Assembly: GCA_976226885.1 (NCBI GenBank) | Contig: OZ320316.1 | Span: 97,402,001 to 97,466,000, forward strand | Source: Iphione sp. A-MEVVRFRX5 | Taxonomy: Eukaryota | Length of the DNA stretch: 64,000 bases | Direction: 5' to 3' | Part shown: piece by piece, positions 1-14,147 of the stretch | How the letters are laid out: each line of letters opens with the position of its first letter | Numbering within the stretch: position 1 is the first letter of the stretch | Program-made: the position numbers and the translations under genes | The notes under the pieces: model-generated | Database searches by the model: none | The model's input: the letters and a program-made list of their open reading frames with translations, nothing else | What the model was told of the DNA's origin: nothing

Positions 1-2572
1 CTGCCTAATTTACCGAGCTACCATTATCTCTATGAAATATGCATGGAAAGGGCGCACTTTAGCGAGCTAAATGTTGGTCTCGATGACTGTATAAGTTTCA
101 TTTCATATCATTCACATACTTATTAATAGGTCTCCTGCTTACTTCTTCAGAAAGAATTAAGTACTGGGGAGTAACCCCTCAAAAGCAGACCAGAAATCAG
201 GCCAGACTACACGTGAAGACATATGAACACTTAACTAGTGCTGCCTTCATATTCTGAATTTGGCTGTGCTGGAAACAAATGTCACATATTTAGTGCTGAC
301 AGCTACAAAGGTAAAAGCATGTAGATAATATTGAAGAAAACTCGGCAGATTCATATCAGAATTTAGTGGTAAGTTCTAGATCCCCACCGTTTGGCTATGG
401 TATTTTTAAGTTTGTCTGTCTCTATCTGCCTGTCTTTCTCTACTTTCTTACGGTCCTAACTGTCGTGTCTGTGTGTGTCTCTTTGTGTTTCCTTCCCTCT
501 TCCTCCTGTGTATCTTTCTCTCTTTCCCTCCCTCCCTCCCTCCTCTTTTTCTCCCCCAAAGTTGTCTTCTGGTCTCTGTCATTCTCTCTCCCTTTCAAGA
601 TTGTCTATCTCAGTTCCTGCTTTCTTCATACATTCCCCCGCTCAACCTTTCTATCTCGCTAATTCCCGCCTGTGTATTCCCCTCCCCAAGTGTGCCCCTT
701 ACCCTTCTCATTATCAAGCAGCCCCTGGTGATAACAGTGTAATAATCACTCCTATTTTCTATGACTACAACTGGTTACCGGCGGAGATGCACCAGCAATC
801 GTCAGATTGGTTTCCCAAATCTCATGCGACAATGCCATTTGACACGCTTCCTTCTCTCCGACAAGATGGCGACGTTGAAAGTCAATGGGAGGCCGGGGGG
901 GGGCTGATTTCATTCCCCCCTCCCCCTCCTCTCGCTGTCTGCCTACGATAACGAGGGAAGCTATTATAATGAGGATTTAATGACAAGAGGAAACGCGCAG
1001 GGAGGAGGGATTAAACTTGTTATTTCACCCCTCCAGGTTTAATCCCTGTCTTTTCCAAGATGGAAACAGTCACGTTTGGATACTTGCAAATCCAAGCGAA
1101 TTGGTCCAGCTTTCCCTATGGGGGATTCGCGATCGTTTTCACAGATAATGAGCGTCAGAGGGGATGGCGGGAGTGGGCTGTAGGGGATTTTATTCCTTGA
1201 AATGAACTGACAACTTCGGAAGGAGACAGTCGGTAGAGATAGTTCAATTCAGGCTTCTCACAAACAAGTACTCATTTTCTTCCAGGTACATTTTCTTCTG
1301 CCAGTATTTCAAGTCACAATCCTCACATATTCATACCTCATTGAGCGTTGGTTGAGTTATTTTCTCAAATTTTCACCATTCTCACATCTTCATTTGTTTT
1401 CTGAGAATACATTAATTTGTAAGCGATTTTCACATTCTCATTATTCTTCTGAGAACGTATCTAGCAAAGGTGGTTAGTCTAACTACCAATCCCGATAAGA
1501 CCAGAGAAAATTTGCTTCGGATGCCTAGACCTGGCATCGGGCTTGTATTTTTCAGTTCCGTGGAATATTGCTAGCGTTTTCGTTGCAGGTCACCTTGATT
1601 GATTTGAACTTAATGGCAGGTTTTAGTTACAAAGCCTTCCAGCTCCTTTTAACCTGTCTAGTTTAAAATCCCCCTTGCGAGTTGGGCAAAGAATGACATC
1701 TACCGAGAAGTCGAGATTTTCCCCCCTGAAACATGGGCGAATTGCACAAAAAAACAACTCGCATCATCGCAACCTCGCACCATCGATACGTCGCACCAGA
1801 ACATACACACGCAAAAATAGCTCGCGCTGTACGCAATTCACGCCGTCTTTAAAAAAAATGCAGATCTGACCAACGAGTGGACAGATTGACTTCGGAAGCA
1901 ACTGACAAGGGAGACCGAGTTAAAGACCAGATCGCAGCGGGGACTGGACTGAGACAGACACCATGACTTTTTCAGACCAAACCATTCGTTTCACCTCTAT
2001 GTAGACCAAACTGTGGGAGAGACCAAAACTGACTGGTCCTAAGCTTGCTCTTCTACACGAATCTTAGCTGTACTAGATTTAATGGACAAATACTACTTGA
2101 TCCCACACACTGGACGTCACCACCTTACTAGTTTCAGTTGAGTACACAACCCTGGTCGTAAAGTGGTGTTCCACTGTATACATCTCCAGCGAGAGATGCA
2201 CACGGTGAACAAAATGAAGCTTCACAAACTACTCCACAGAATCTACAAAATGACTATTGAAATGACTATGGAAAACTACTATGAATTCTCTTTCCATTAC
2301 TCGGTCTCCACCACTCTGCATACCTTCTTCTATGCCTGTCTCTTCCCTCATCTCTGTCTATCTGAAGACTGTCTGCCTTCTTCCTCCTTCTCCCTTGCCC
2401 CTTCCTAATGTCTGTTTCTCTCTTCTGAATACCAGTTTTTCTCAATCTTTCCCCCTTTTCCTCTCACTGCCCTCCCTCCAGTATATCTTTCAGTCCCTCT
2501 TCCTCTTTATCTATTTTTAGCTCTCCCTTTCTTCCTTTCTCCCCTATTTTAGTGGTCTTTCTCCTATCCTAC

Positions 2573-2779
2573 TGACCTATTGCTGGGAGGCTTGGACATT
2601 GTCCAATTTCATTTGCCTTTGACAGCTGGTATCACGAAAATATAAATCCTAGGTTACAGACTTTCACTGAACAATGAAAATAAGTCTGTAAATAGGAAAT
2701 TTACGAGGGTTTTACTGGTTTCAGCACTTCAAAGAGAAGAAAAGATTGGACAATGTCCAAGCCTCCGAGTGATAGGTCA
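2573..2779. mobile_element. MITE, 207 bp, ~35-bp terminal inverted repeats
   Basis: Left tgacctattgctgggaggcttggacattgtccaat (2573-2607) and right attggacaatgtccaagcctccgagtgataggtca (2745-2779) are reverse complements with 3 mismatches. AT-rich non-coding interior. No clear TSD. Confidence 0.8.
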
Positions 2780-3460
2780 ATTTTCTTTAGAATTGTTTTC
2801 TCGCCATCGACGTCAACTCTCTGTATAGTCCATATTCTGCACTCGTTCTTCGTCTCTACTTTATTCTCCCTCACTCCTAGTCTCTACCTTTGTCCTTCCC
2901 TGTGTCTCTTTCTCCATCTCTGCCCCCTCTGGCAAGATGATGCCTAGCGAGATACCCGCCTCCCAATGTACGCACTCCCGCCGACCCATTTAACCTTTGC
3001 TGCTTTGGAGAACCAGTTCATCAGGCCTATTCAATAAACTGGAGCTTAAGTAAGTTGGGTTCTACGGGGTCGTTCAATGCGCTGTGCCGGTAGACGTCCG
3101 TCTACGGTAATTTGGGAGAGGGACCAGAAAATGGGCTGACAAACGAAACAAATCACCCTCATAGGATCTCCTAATGTCGTCTTATCCTGACATCTCTATC
3201 GTGTTGCCCTTTGAAAGGGCATATTTTCTGGCAGCGTACCGGCCTCGGGATTTTCTTGTGTGACGGAAGAAATCAAACTATCGAACAATGGATTCAAATG
3301 GTTGCCGAATATTCCAGAATGTTCTACCAGAAATGTCGTCAAAGGCCTCGTGTGTATCGGAGGACTTATCAGTCTGTTTCTTCAAAACCCATGGGAACGT
3401 GTCCCTAACGAACTAGCCAATCAGGACGCAGAACGGTCTCGTCTGCGGAGCACCACTCAC

Positions 3461-3770
3461 CCGTGCTGTCAGCTTCCGGGAAGCGCGTGCCTCCATATCT
3501 CACCACCAGGGGCGTGGCCGTGGCCGTGGTGGCGGGCAGCGGTGCGTTGTAACCCGTAGCAGACGGGGCCGCTGCAGCTCCAGCCGCCGATGTGTTTCGC
3601 CCACCCCACGTGACGTGCATGCCGTACATGCTGATGTTGTGTTGACGCATCTGGCGTGTGACGTCACGGATGGTTTCCTTGGCGACGGTGCGGAACCAGA
3701 CGCAGAGGTTGGTGGCGACCATGTGGGTGAGGCCGAACCGGGCGAAGGTGCGATACTTGTGGATGCACAT
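3461..3770 (-). CDS. OTOP: OTOP coding exon 7 (TM5 and start of extracellular loop: MCIHKYRTFARFGLTHMVATNLCVWFRTVAKET...EADST)
   Basis: Acceptor tttgttttctccccag|ATG and donor CGG|gtgagt (phase 1). Motif RFGL.H..ATNLCVW...ET. N-glycosylation sequons NIS and NTS in the following loop. A weaker alternative donor GTG|gtgaga lies upstream. Confidence 0.93.
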
Positions 3771-6700
3771 CTGGGGAGAAAACAAAGAGAAAGAAATGGT
3801 AAACACGCTGTGACTGTCCCTTCTGGGGATAAGGGGATGAGGGGGGAGGGGGCTTATTCAAGATTAACACCCATGGGACTGTTGGCGAGGGACAATGAGT
3901 TAGGGCAAGCAAAAAGGGTGCNNNNNNNNNNNNNNNNNNNNNNNNNNNNNNNNNNNNNNNNNNNNNNNNNNNNNNNNNNNNNNNNNNNNNNNNNNNNNNN
4001 NNNNNNNNNNNNNNNNNNNNNNNNNNNNNNNNNNNNNNNNNNNNNNNNNNNNNNNNNNNNNNNNNNNNNNNNNATAGAGAGCGAGAGACAGACAGACAGA
4101 CGGACGGATGGAAGGAAAGAGACGAAAGAAAAAAATGAGGAAGCAAGAGAGAAGACTAAGGTTAGCGGGAAGAGGGAATATAAAAAGACGTGGAGGACAG
4201 TAGAAGCACAGATAGAAATGCGAGAGGATAGACTAGAACGCGGGGCAGTGGGCTGAAGGTAGGCTGAAGAACAAACATAGTTGTTAGAAAGAGACGGACG
4301 GACACACAGACAGACAGGCAGGCAGGGAGAAAAGGACGCCGGCCAGACAAAGGGAAATTTCCCCATGAATCCGAATATCATACCGTATTGAATTATCTTC
4401 ATATGAAAACAACGGATTGGTTTTCAAACAAATATAGCCACTTCTTGTCTTCAAAGGGACAGCCTCCCGTCAGCAGCAGCATCGATTTTTTTGCCTTTAA
4501 TCTTTAAGGGCGATATCCACAATTTCAAAAGGACGAACAACACAGCGACACAAATGTGGCACATCAAAGTTAAGTACGGCTATCGATCGGAAGCGACAAA
4601 AAACCAACTAATTTCTTTCATCCCTCTTATTAGATCGACCGTCATGGTTTCGCCATCTTCCTTTTCAATATTGAGCCTCGTTTTCATCGCCGGAAGTCAA
4701 TGGCTGCAAGAATGTGAGCAGCAGCAGCTGTACCAATGCATTCGTGGACAGAGCAGTGATATGGTACCTAAACAGGGCCGGGCGGGCAGGAGGGAGAAGG
4801 GAGCGAGGGAGAAGTGAAGAGATGGAGAACAAAAGAAGCAATAAGATAAATAAAAGGGAAGGGAATAGGAAAAACAGAGTGGAGGATTGACTGAGGGCGA
4901 CTGGCGAGAAAGGGAGGGAAAAGAGAGTATACGGGAGGAGAAAGACCCAGGCAGAGAGAGAGGGCGCAGACAGGAGAAAGAGAAGGAGCAAGGAGTGTTG
5001 AAAAAAATGGGAGAAGAGTGATCCAGTCAGGAATTAAATAAGAGAAAACAAGGACAGGAGAAGTGAGACGAGCCCCAGTGAATGGAGCATACGTGAAGGG
5101 AGCCTGAAGAGAATGGGAAGAAGAGTGAAGAGTCGAGAATGAGGAAGCTCTGGCGGCTTTGTCAAGAGCTGACGCCCCTCTCTGTCTGGCTGCATTGAAA
5201 TCATTTCGGACAACGTGAATATAGACGGAAACCGTGCACACAATAGGCATTTCCACAGCCATCCCCGCCACCTACTCAAGAGCATACAATCCGCAATGAT
5301 GCGAGGGGGACTCGTAAAAAAAACAGACGGAGACACCCTAGATACCGTTACCAATGCATCATTACTGAAATAAAGTGTTTTCCCTTGACAACCTTTTTGC
5401 CCCCTTCACAGCCAACAGTTACTCCCTGATTGGACACGACAAAGGAGGTCCGATTTACTACCAGACTGCCAGGGGGCGCGGCTGCCATGTCTGGCAACAG
5501 TACTCTTTACTGATGTAACCTCTCCTGCGAGTTGCTAGCATTACATGTGTATACATATATAAATATATTCCTTTTTCTATATGTGCAGGCATAGATCATC
5601 AGATAATCATATTGGAAAAAGCATGGACTTAAATCTGACTTTAAATAAAAATACAAATACTCTGATGCAATGTCTGAAATCATTTACTGTTTGTGTGAGT
5701 TAGAGGAAGCAAAAGGGGTGAACAAGGACATTACCCAAAGGACGCCAGACAACAAAGTGCGGGAAAAGAGTCTGACAGTAAAAAAGAGAGAGAGATACAT
5801 CCTTACATAAATACATGGCCAGATGACCTCAGGATTACAGTGCGTATAACACGAGTCTGTATCTCAAAAGGAGTTATAGCCCAACAGTGGAGGTTCTGAT
5901 GCCACAGCTGTCCTTTGTCTAAGTTTCTATTACTCCTATATCTCTCTATATGGATACACATTTGGATCACAACATGGTTATACCACATATACGTCCTATG
6001 GGACCACAGATTGTAAAACTACAAGTCTGCAAAACTGCAAGTCTTTGATATATCATGTCTGAAATTATCTTTCAGGGTTTATATGTGATTTCTTGCTCCG
6101 AGTAGTTAATTTTCACGATGTATAGTTGGATCCCTTTTAAGAGACCACAGTTTTGTTTTTAAACATGACTCAAGGACCGTCTAACCAGGGTGTAAACACC
6201 TACCTCTATGGGTAAGGCAGATTGCAAAAACAAGTTGAATAAGGCGTGGTATATTGAGAGCAAACAACATAGGATTATACCTCTCGCAGGGCGAAAAAAA
6301 AAATCCCTCACTTAACACAAACCTTACTGAGTTACCTGGGTAAATCTAAACATGATACAGACACAAGTCTGTTGGGGCCGACAAACACTGCTCACCTGTC
6401 CCAGGTCCTCACCTGGTCACGTTACCCGTCAGGTAGGTCTTGACTGCAGAGAATCCGCTACCTCGTACAAAACCTAGTTGTCAGAGGCATACACGCACAC
6501 GCGAATAAAAAAAGAATGGAGAAAGAGAGAAAGGACTCTTCAACAGGACGCCAATGGGTTATGGATTTCATTACTTAGGACGAGAGGCTTCTCACATGAC
6601 TCTGTTTTGTTTTCCAACCAAATGTCGCGGACGGGATGTAAGAATGACCATCCAGGCCTTTATCATTACCACCGACCTTCGGTAAGGCGGGCAAGTCCTT

Positions 6701-9700
6701 CACCAGGAGACCCCAAAGGCACGCCTGCGCCTTTATGTCTACAGAGCCTGTCCAGGTTCAGGAGCTTACAGAGTACAGAACAGCCGCCTTGGCTTCTTTA
6801 ACAGAGACAATTCTAAAAAGAGAGTTCAAAACACAAATATAAATAGGCTCCCGTTAAACAGTCTTAAAGGACCACCGTCCAAGCTGCGTAGAAGAAAGCT
6901 TCTCAGACTCGCCGACAGGCGCCGCTCGAGACTGTCCGAAAGGCGCATGCGCTGCGTGAGGAACGCTAGTATGGAGGCAGTCGAAGTGAAAAAAAATGAC
7001 CGGAAAACTGAAAAAACGGGGTATGCGTTTTAAAGGCAAGGAAAAAAGGGCCAAGCTTAAGAAAGAGATGTTTCTTTATGAGCACACCCGAGCGTCCGCA
7101 GGGCAGCGCGATTCAAGGTGCTTTTTGCAAGGATGAGACAAAACTGGTAATCCGAGGTAAAACTCATTATGGGCGACAAATCAATAGATGTGCGAATGTA
7201 GAAAGAATCGGGGTGGGTGGGGGGGGGGAGCAGGAGAGGAGGAATAGGCCGAGACAGATCAGGGGAAAAGAGAAATTGAAGAGAGAGGGCGGAGGGAAAA
7301 GAGGAACGGAGGGAAGCGGGACCGATGGGTGGTTAGACGGGAGAAAGGAGAGAGAGGGAGGGAAGATAGGGTGCAAAAAGAAAGGGAGGAAAGAGAGAGG
7401 ACAGCGATAGATGAATTTACACAAAATAACAGTTGCGACGATGAAAAAGAAGGCAGACAGAGAACAAGGACAGCAAACAAAGAAATGGCTTTTAAAGGAA
7501 ATGAATTAAAATAGTTCATTTGTACATCCCGAAAGTTTGGATAAACAGTTCAACGGTCAGCAGGTCCTACAGAGTTGCATTTAAAGTTTTGTCTCCATTA
7601 CAATAAGAGAAGGATCACCCTAGCAACCTTTCATTTCCTTTTAATTTAGCCACGATCTCTTCTCGAACAGGTAGGATATCCAAGACCAGCTTTAACGAGG
7701 GACTGTGAACCTCTGCCAGATATAAGGTTAAAATGGCAATCCTCTGTTTCTACCGTACGAAGCAAGTCTTCCCATGGGAAATTCAACTTGCAAACGCCCA
7801 GGTAATATTAGGCCTGCAGATCAATTCTTTATACAAAGCTGAAATCATACGCTGGAACATGGACGTTGTCCATTAAGCTCGTCCTGTTATTTGTTGTGGT
7901 TCATATGATATCGTACAATCCTGGCTAGTCTGCCTTAGATAAGATTGTGTGAGTCTATAAAACGTCAAGCAATGTTTTATGGAACAGCAGTCTATCGGGC
8001 TGCTCATTTATCGACATTTAAACACTGACAATGAATGTTCAAGCGAGTGAACCTTTGAGATCTCTTGTCCTCCACCTCTACAACCTATGGCCACACTTAC
8101 ATCATGAATCATATGCATGTACATGTACCTCAGTGCACACAGCTAGTTGACCAACGCAATGTCCTATCGCACCCAGTTGGGCTATGGTCATCGTGAATTT
8201 ATTATTTATTTACTGACATAAACTACTTTAAAATCATACCAAATATGCGATCCTATAATATCAGAACATTTAAAACAAATGTTTACGACAGGATTTTCAT
8301 TGAATGTACAGAATGAGGTTTCGATGAAACGTCGCACACCCTTTGGGATCACCTGCTGGAAATTCACCACGATGAAAGTGTACTTCAAAGACTTGCATTT
8401 CGTTAACAACTGTTTAATGTAGGGGAGTGTGTGCGTTGGGCTTAAGTATGGCGCTGCTTAGTGGCAAATAAACACGCAAGGGACTATGAGACGGGGCTCC
8501 GTATGCCCGGACAAATGTCGTCTGCCGGTTCCGTAACAATGGCGGGTACCGACAAAGATGATAATAAGATGAGTGTGGGGTGGATGGGTAGGTGGGTTAA
8601 GGGACTCAACGAGCATAACACACCAAGAGATAACACAGGCGGATTAATCACTGAGACTACAAAGCCTGCACTCGCATAGGAACAACTACAAAAAAGGATC
8701 CCTCCGCACTTCGTCTACTGCGCTTGGGACTATTTTTCCCCTAATCCTTCCTCTATTATCGACCGTGTAATCTAGTATTTACGCTTTGTCTTGGCTTCCG
8801 TTTCATAACAGGGCTGACTGAATGTCTAAAGTAAACGCTTGTTGGAAAGGTTTTTTTAATGGCGAGTAATTCTTTCCGTAACCCAGGGGCTTAGGACAGG
8901 CCATTTTGAGACCCTAGATACAGGGACAGCTTCGTCTAGAAAAACGTTTTAAAACAGACTTTTTTTCCCACGAAATGGCATGATACCGAAGCTATACAAA
9001 TATACAAATCAAGATCTTCAACAAATTACAAAAAGACAACAAATCTGACAGAAAGAAAAATGACGACAGTGTTGTTCTGATTTTTCAGAAAATGTCCATG
9101 CTCCTGTGCGAGTCGTGAAGCCTCTATAATCCCACTACCGTATATTTCCCAGGCATTAAGGCTGATAAATGACGTACTGTAAAGTGAATTCCTTCAACAG
9201 GAAATGAGATGGCGTGCACTGTTTCCTGTATTATCGCCAATATTATCCTATGTAATCTCTTGAATGCAGGCATCTTCTTACGTCAATGTTTTATTTCAAT
9301 GGTAAAGTTATTATAGACAATAAAAGTTAGTAATTATCCAGACTGCACAGTTGTACCGGGTCCACCGGGGGGGTCCCTCTATTCCATAAATGTGATATTT
9401 TAAGAACTTTGATCATGTTACAATTCACGGTGGTAGTAAAATACATTTTTGACTAGATATATAACCAACAAGTCTTCTTTCCAGTATAAAATGTCCTAAA
9501 CTTTACTGTACAGGAACACATGAATGGGAGAATATCCTATCCCAAGTCTCGCTGTCAATTCATGTTTTTTTTTTATATACATGGAAATGTGTAAATGGAC
9601 CACATAACATCATTAACTGCATGAAAGTACAGAAATAGTCAAAGCTTAATGGAAATGCACTTTAAAGTCCATCTCCCATACAGACATGGCTCAAATTGCG

Positions 9701-10008
9701 ATACTTTTGGGAAGAACAAATTTTATTTTGCTTGTTATAGCAAGTCTCAAACAGGAATATGTCTCAATGAGGGACTGTTTAGCAAAGAATCATGGATGCC
9801 CCAGTCACAGGATTTTCACCGTACATACCAAAACCAGATGGAGGGGGAAATAAACTTGACTTTAAATGAGGTATTAGGGGGCCTTACCCGAGACCAGGGA
9901 AGAAGACTGCTCTACACCCACTGCCTTTGTATTATACATACTCACTGCCCTTAAAGAAACAGTGGACGCCAGAGAACGACAAAGAGTAAGCAGCGACCTT
10001 TGACTCAC

Positions 10009-10169
10009 CTTGGAATTGAGGAAGATGAAGTAAAGTTGGATGAAGGTAAAGGCCAGGTGAAGGACAGGTCGAATTGCTTCGGTGACCTTGACACAGGGTG
10101 AGGTCAACTCAAACTCGAACAGCTCTCCAAACATGAGCCCCTCATGGATCATGGCACCAATACCGAAGG
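10009..10169 (-). CDS. OTOP: OTOP coding exon 6 (TM3-TM4: AFGIGAMIHEGLMFGE...LHLAFTFIQLYFIFLNSK)
   Basis: Acceptor tcttctttcag|CC and donor AAG|gtgagt. 161 nt with otopetrin motifs FGIG.MI and FTF.Q.YFIFLN. Confidence 0.95.
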
Positions 10170-10914
10170 CTGAAAGAAGAGACATACTGGATAAACACAG
10201 AGGCATGTGACTCCCGGACAATATATGGATGATTTTTTTTTATTTCTTTTGCTGTACCACAGGTGACTCCATTCCACTCCCTCTCTGTCATCTGTACACA
10301 TCTATTATAATGAGGACAATAATAACAATAATGATAATAACAACAATAATATAAATCAGAATAATTACCGCATTCATATGAGAATGACATGACACCTGAT
10401 AAGCCCAGATGGTCGAAGCCCTGTTGTAAAGCACCCGAATTCATATACTTCCGACAAAAGAGAAAAACTCTCTCCCTCTAAAATATTTTCCTGCATTGTA
10501 GTAGCTCTGTTATAAGAAATCTGGAGAAACTCTTCTTTCAACAAACAGGGTACTTCTCTCCATAGCTACACACACAGGGGACATGACAACCACATTCCGG
10601 TGGACCTGACAGGGCAATACCTTTTCTCTGAACAGCTGCATTTTGCGTTTTCTTGTCAGAATAGTTACCAAGGTGGGTTTGGAATTACAATACTAATCAT
10701 AATGATAGTTAAAATACATGGGTGGGGATGAGAGTTACTGTGGCTTGTGATATTGACCACGATGACAGGTAAAATCTCTGTATGACAAGAGTATGGACCT
10801 GCGAGATCTATTGTCCCCCACCGCCAAGCGCCCATTTCATGTTTGACTGCCTGCAGGGCGGGACCCAAGCTCAGTCTGTCTAGGGGGATGGCGGGTGAGG
10901 GGTTTTGGCTCCCT

Positions 10915-11070
10915 TGGTCAGACTGCTATGAGGTGGTGCTAGAAGGAGGGTATTGGTGAGTGAGTGAGTGAGTGAGTATGTGTGTGTATAATTGATTGAT
11001 GCTTGATTGCACCTTCCGTGGTCAGACTGCTACAAGGTGGTGCTAGTAGAAAGGGGGGTACAAGTGAGTG
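10915..11070. repeat. Short direct duplication (period 104 bp)
   Basis: tggtcagactgcta(tg/ca)aggtggtgctag at 10915 and 11019. Confidence 0.75.
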
Positions 11071-11501
11071 TCCATGCATGTATGTGTGTGAGTGCAATGT
11101 CTAACCTAGAAATCCCTAAACAAGGTACGTATGTTCATGGGTGTGTTAGTAAAAGAGTAAACAGGGAAAATTTTACTTTCTGAACATGTTAATTACTACC
11201 AAAATTACCCAACGTTATCAATCCATGTACATAAGTATCATATATCAAAATCAATTCATTTGACTGAAGGATTTTAGATTCATAAGACCCACAAGAGTGT
11301 GACAGAGGGTCAGACAGTCATCCAGGAGCATTCCTAAGCCCCTCTCCCTCTCTATGAGGTGGGGGACAAAATAGTAGTTAATATGGCGCTTCAGGTTGTG
11401 TATTATGACGGTGATAGGTATCAGGCACTGGTGAGGATGACAAAAACCACGCTAGTAAGAAGGTGTGTATTTTAATACGTCTCCATGTATGCATGCAAGT
11501 G

Positions 11502-11504
<3 letters not shown>

Positions 11505-11539
<35 letters not shown>
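11505..11539. repeat. (TG)n microsatellite
   Basis: Direct reading of the sequence. Confidence 0.95.
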
Positions 11540-11542
<3 letters not shown>

Positions 11543-13679
11543 TGTGTATGTACATGTATGGGCAAGGGTTGACAGTTCGGCTAAGGACAGCCCGTGAGAA
11601 GGGCACCGTCCTGGCAGGTGGTGCTGTCTATGAGGAGCACAATGAGACCCAGTGTAAGAAGGCACACATAAGGAGGGCTTAGATGTCCCGTAGCAGCCAA
11701 TAATCTGGCTTAAATCATCTCTCTTGCTCTACCTATAGCACTTGCCTCGCGTCTGTCTCACCCCTCCTCCTCCTTAGAACTCTACCACTATGGTGTGTGC
11801 CTGTTCTCTCCAACTGTGGTACGGGTGTTCTGCCAAGCAAACAAGTCTTTGTTTCATCGTCCACCTCCACCTCCACCTCCTTCTCACGCGGTACCCGTTC
11901 AATCACCGTCATTTGTTGCACAGTCACTTTAGACAAAAGGACCTTGCCCTGCAACGTGTTCCACAGCAACAGTGGGATAAAAACACACCCAACACACCCC
12001 CACACTGCCGGAATGCTGCAGGCTACCACTCTGCTGTCATTTTACGCTGTGCTGTGTACTGAGCAATAATGAGGGAAATAACAATGTTCCCAGCACATTA
12101 AAATGAAAGGTAGGCTGTTTCATTAATAGAGTTTCACTGAAGACACGCCCACTGCGTGCCACTTGTGATTTACAGGATTAATTTGCTTGGAACAATAAGG
12201 TGTATGATATCATGAGATGAAATCACAAGATGTGATTGTACGGTTCCACAAAGTACGTCCTACTGAAGCAGATTACTGAGAACAGACGCTTAAAATAACA
12301 AATAACAATGGAATTTAGTGCACAGACGGTCAGTGCAGGAACTAATTGGATTGAAACAGAAAGGAAATTGCTTCATTATTTCCTTTACATTACAAACTGT
12401 GTACGACAGCCTGATATTTCTTTTGAATAAATATTAAGAGACAGAACTGAAAATACACCGACCAGGTGGTGGGAGGGTGAATCCTCGTAAGTGAGTTTCG
12501 CTTTAAAACCGTGTTATATGACAAAATGAAATATGAAGCCAGACAACAGTACTGGAGGTCAATCCTTCACATCTTCATTTTTCCCTGGAAACTTTCTATA
12601 CTTAGCTAGCAGTACGGTTGAGATAATTAACTACTATTGTTCCTGAGATAAACACATAAAACATACACTGTAGTTCTTGCTACGAATCATGACATAAGAT
12701 GCAATAAAGTGTTGAATATTCATTTTAAACGGCTTCCGGCGCCAACTGCAGTGACTGCAAGTTATTTTCCTTTTTTGGACAGTAATTCTGACCGCTCCCC
12801 CTACTGTACAGCGAGGAAAACGTAAAAGCTGTCTGCGCACTAGTCAGTTCTTCTACGATATACATGTACTTAAAATTATGTGTAATGTGTAAATTTATGT
12901 AATATGTGTATGTAACAGACACACATACATGTATATAAGTATCCAATTTAACACATATAAAAATATTTTGAGAGACACATCTGTGACACCCACACATAAA
13001 AAGATTCGATAAAAATCGCCCAGAAAATAAGAACATATGAAGAACGAATGAAATTACATCCATTGGAGCAAATTTTCTGTGTAAGGAGCAGGTTTCATGT
13101 AGGAAGGGGTCAGTCCCTGTCTTCTTGTTAAATTCCCGGATGTGCATATTGCGTGGAGCAGACCGGGGCACAGGTGCATACCGAAGGCGTTTGTAAAAGG
13201 AATACTGATTGGCTTACAGGCCAGGAAAGGTCACGTGAACTCAAAGCACCTGATACGTAGGAAGACATGAGGTTGTCAGGAGTTATCATATCACTATGGA
13301 TCACTAATTATGAAACCATGACGTACATGTATGCCTCTATCAAAGAATCCTCTGAGAGTTCAACCTCTTTACAACAAAGTTGGCTAATGCCGTAGAATAT
13401 GTGGCTCAAAGTCACTTTTCCCGACTGTCAAAAAAATGGAAGAAATTGAGTGAAAATGAACCTGATAACCATAGACATGTACTACAAAAAGGATAAAAGA
13501 GAAGTGAAATAAAAAAAATGCAGTTGCTTCGGGAATGATGTATTGCTGTATTGGAATAGTATGTTTGTAGTCCTGGAAGTTAATCCCATTAAATATGGTT
13601 CGGCGGAGATGATGAAAAAGGACATACAGTGGTAGGTATGAGATAAATACTGGGAGACGTGACAATATCCGAGGTGTAT

Positions 13680-13948
13680 GGCATAGTGAGAGAGATATGA
13701 CAGAGACTGAGTGAGGTGATAGAGCAGGGAACATGTGAATGGGACTGAGAGATGTGGGGTGTGGGAGATGTGAGAGAGACTGAGACATGTGACAATTACT
13801 GGAAGATGTGAAAGAGACTAAGATATGTAGAAAACACTTGGAGATGAAAGAGAGACCGAGGCATATTTGGAGACATGTGAAAGAGACTGAGACATGGAGA
13901 GAAACTGAGGGATATGATAAGGAGTCCGATATGTGACGGATACTTGAT
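13680..13948. repeat. Degenerate purine-rich minisatellite (gagacatgtgaaagagact-like) next to the gap containing the exon 5 donor
   Basis: Recurrent gaga(c/g)atgtga..gagactga units. Confidence 0.5.
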
Positions 13949-14147
13949 NNNNNNNNNNNNNNNNNNNNNNNNNNNNNNNNNNNNNNNNNNNNNNNNNNNN
14001 NNNNNNNNNNNNNNNNNNNNNNNNNNNNNNNNNNNNNNNNNNNNNNNNNNNNNNNNNNNNNNNNNNNNNNNNNNNNNNNNNNNNNNNNNNNNNNNNNNNN
14101 NNNNNNNNNNNNNNNNNNNNNNNNNNNNNNNNNNNNNNNNNNNNNNN

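Noticed and set aside
1-3460. Next OTOP exon (TM6, expected YP..IEYS-type motif, phase 1)
   Set aside because: No acceptor plus open frame with that motif was seen; the exon presumably lies left of the window.
6864-6960. TTAA|AGGACCACCGTCC, a Kolobok-like left end with a nearby GCGCATGCGC
   Set aside because: No matching right end (…CCT|TTAA with complementary TIR) was found.
8306-8340. GAAACGTC, a second minimal-hammerhead-like 3' half
   Set aside because: The upstream core reads CAGAATGA rather than CTGANGA, there is no stem II and stem I does not pair.
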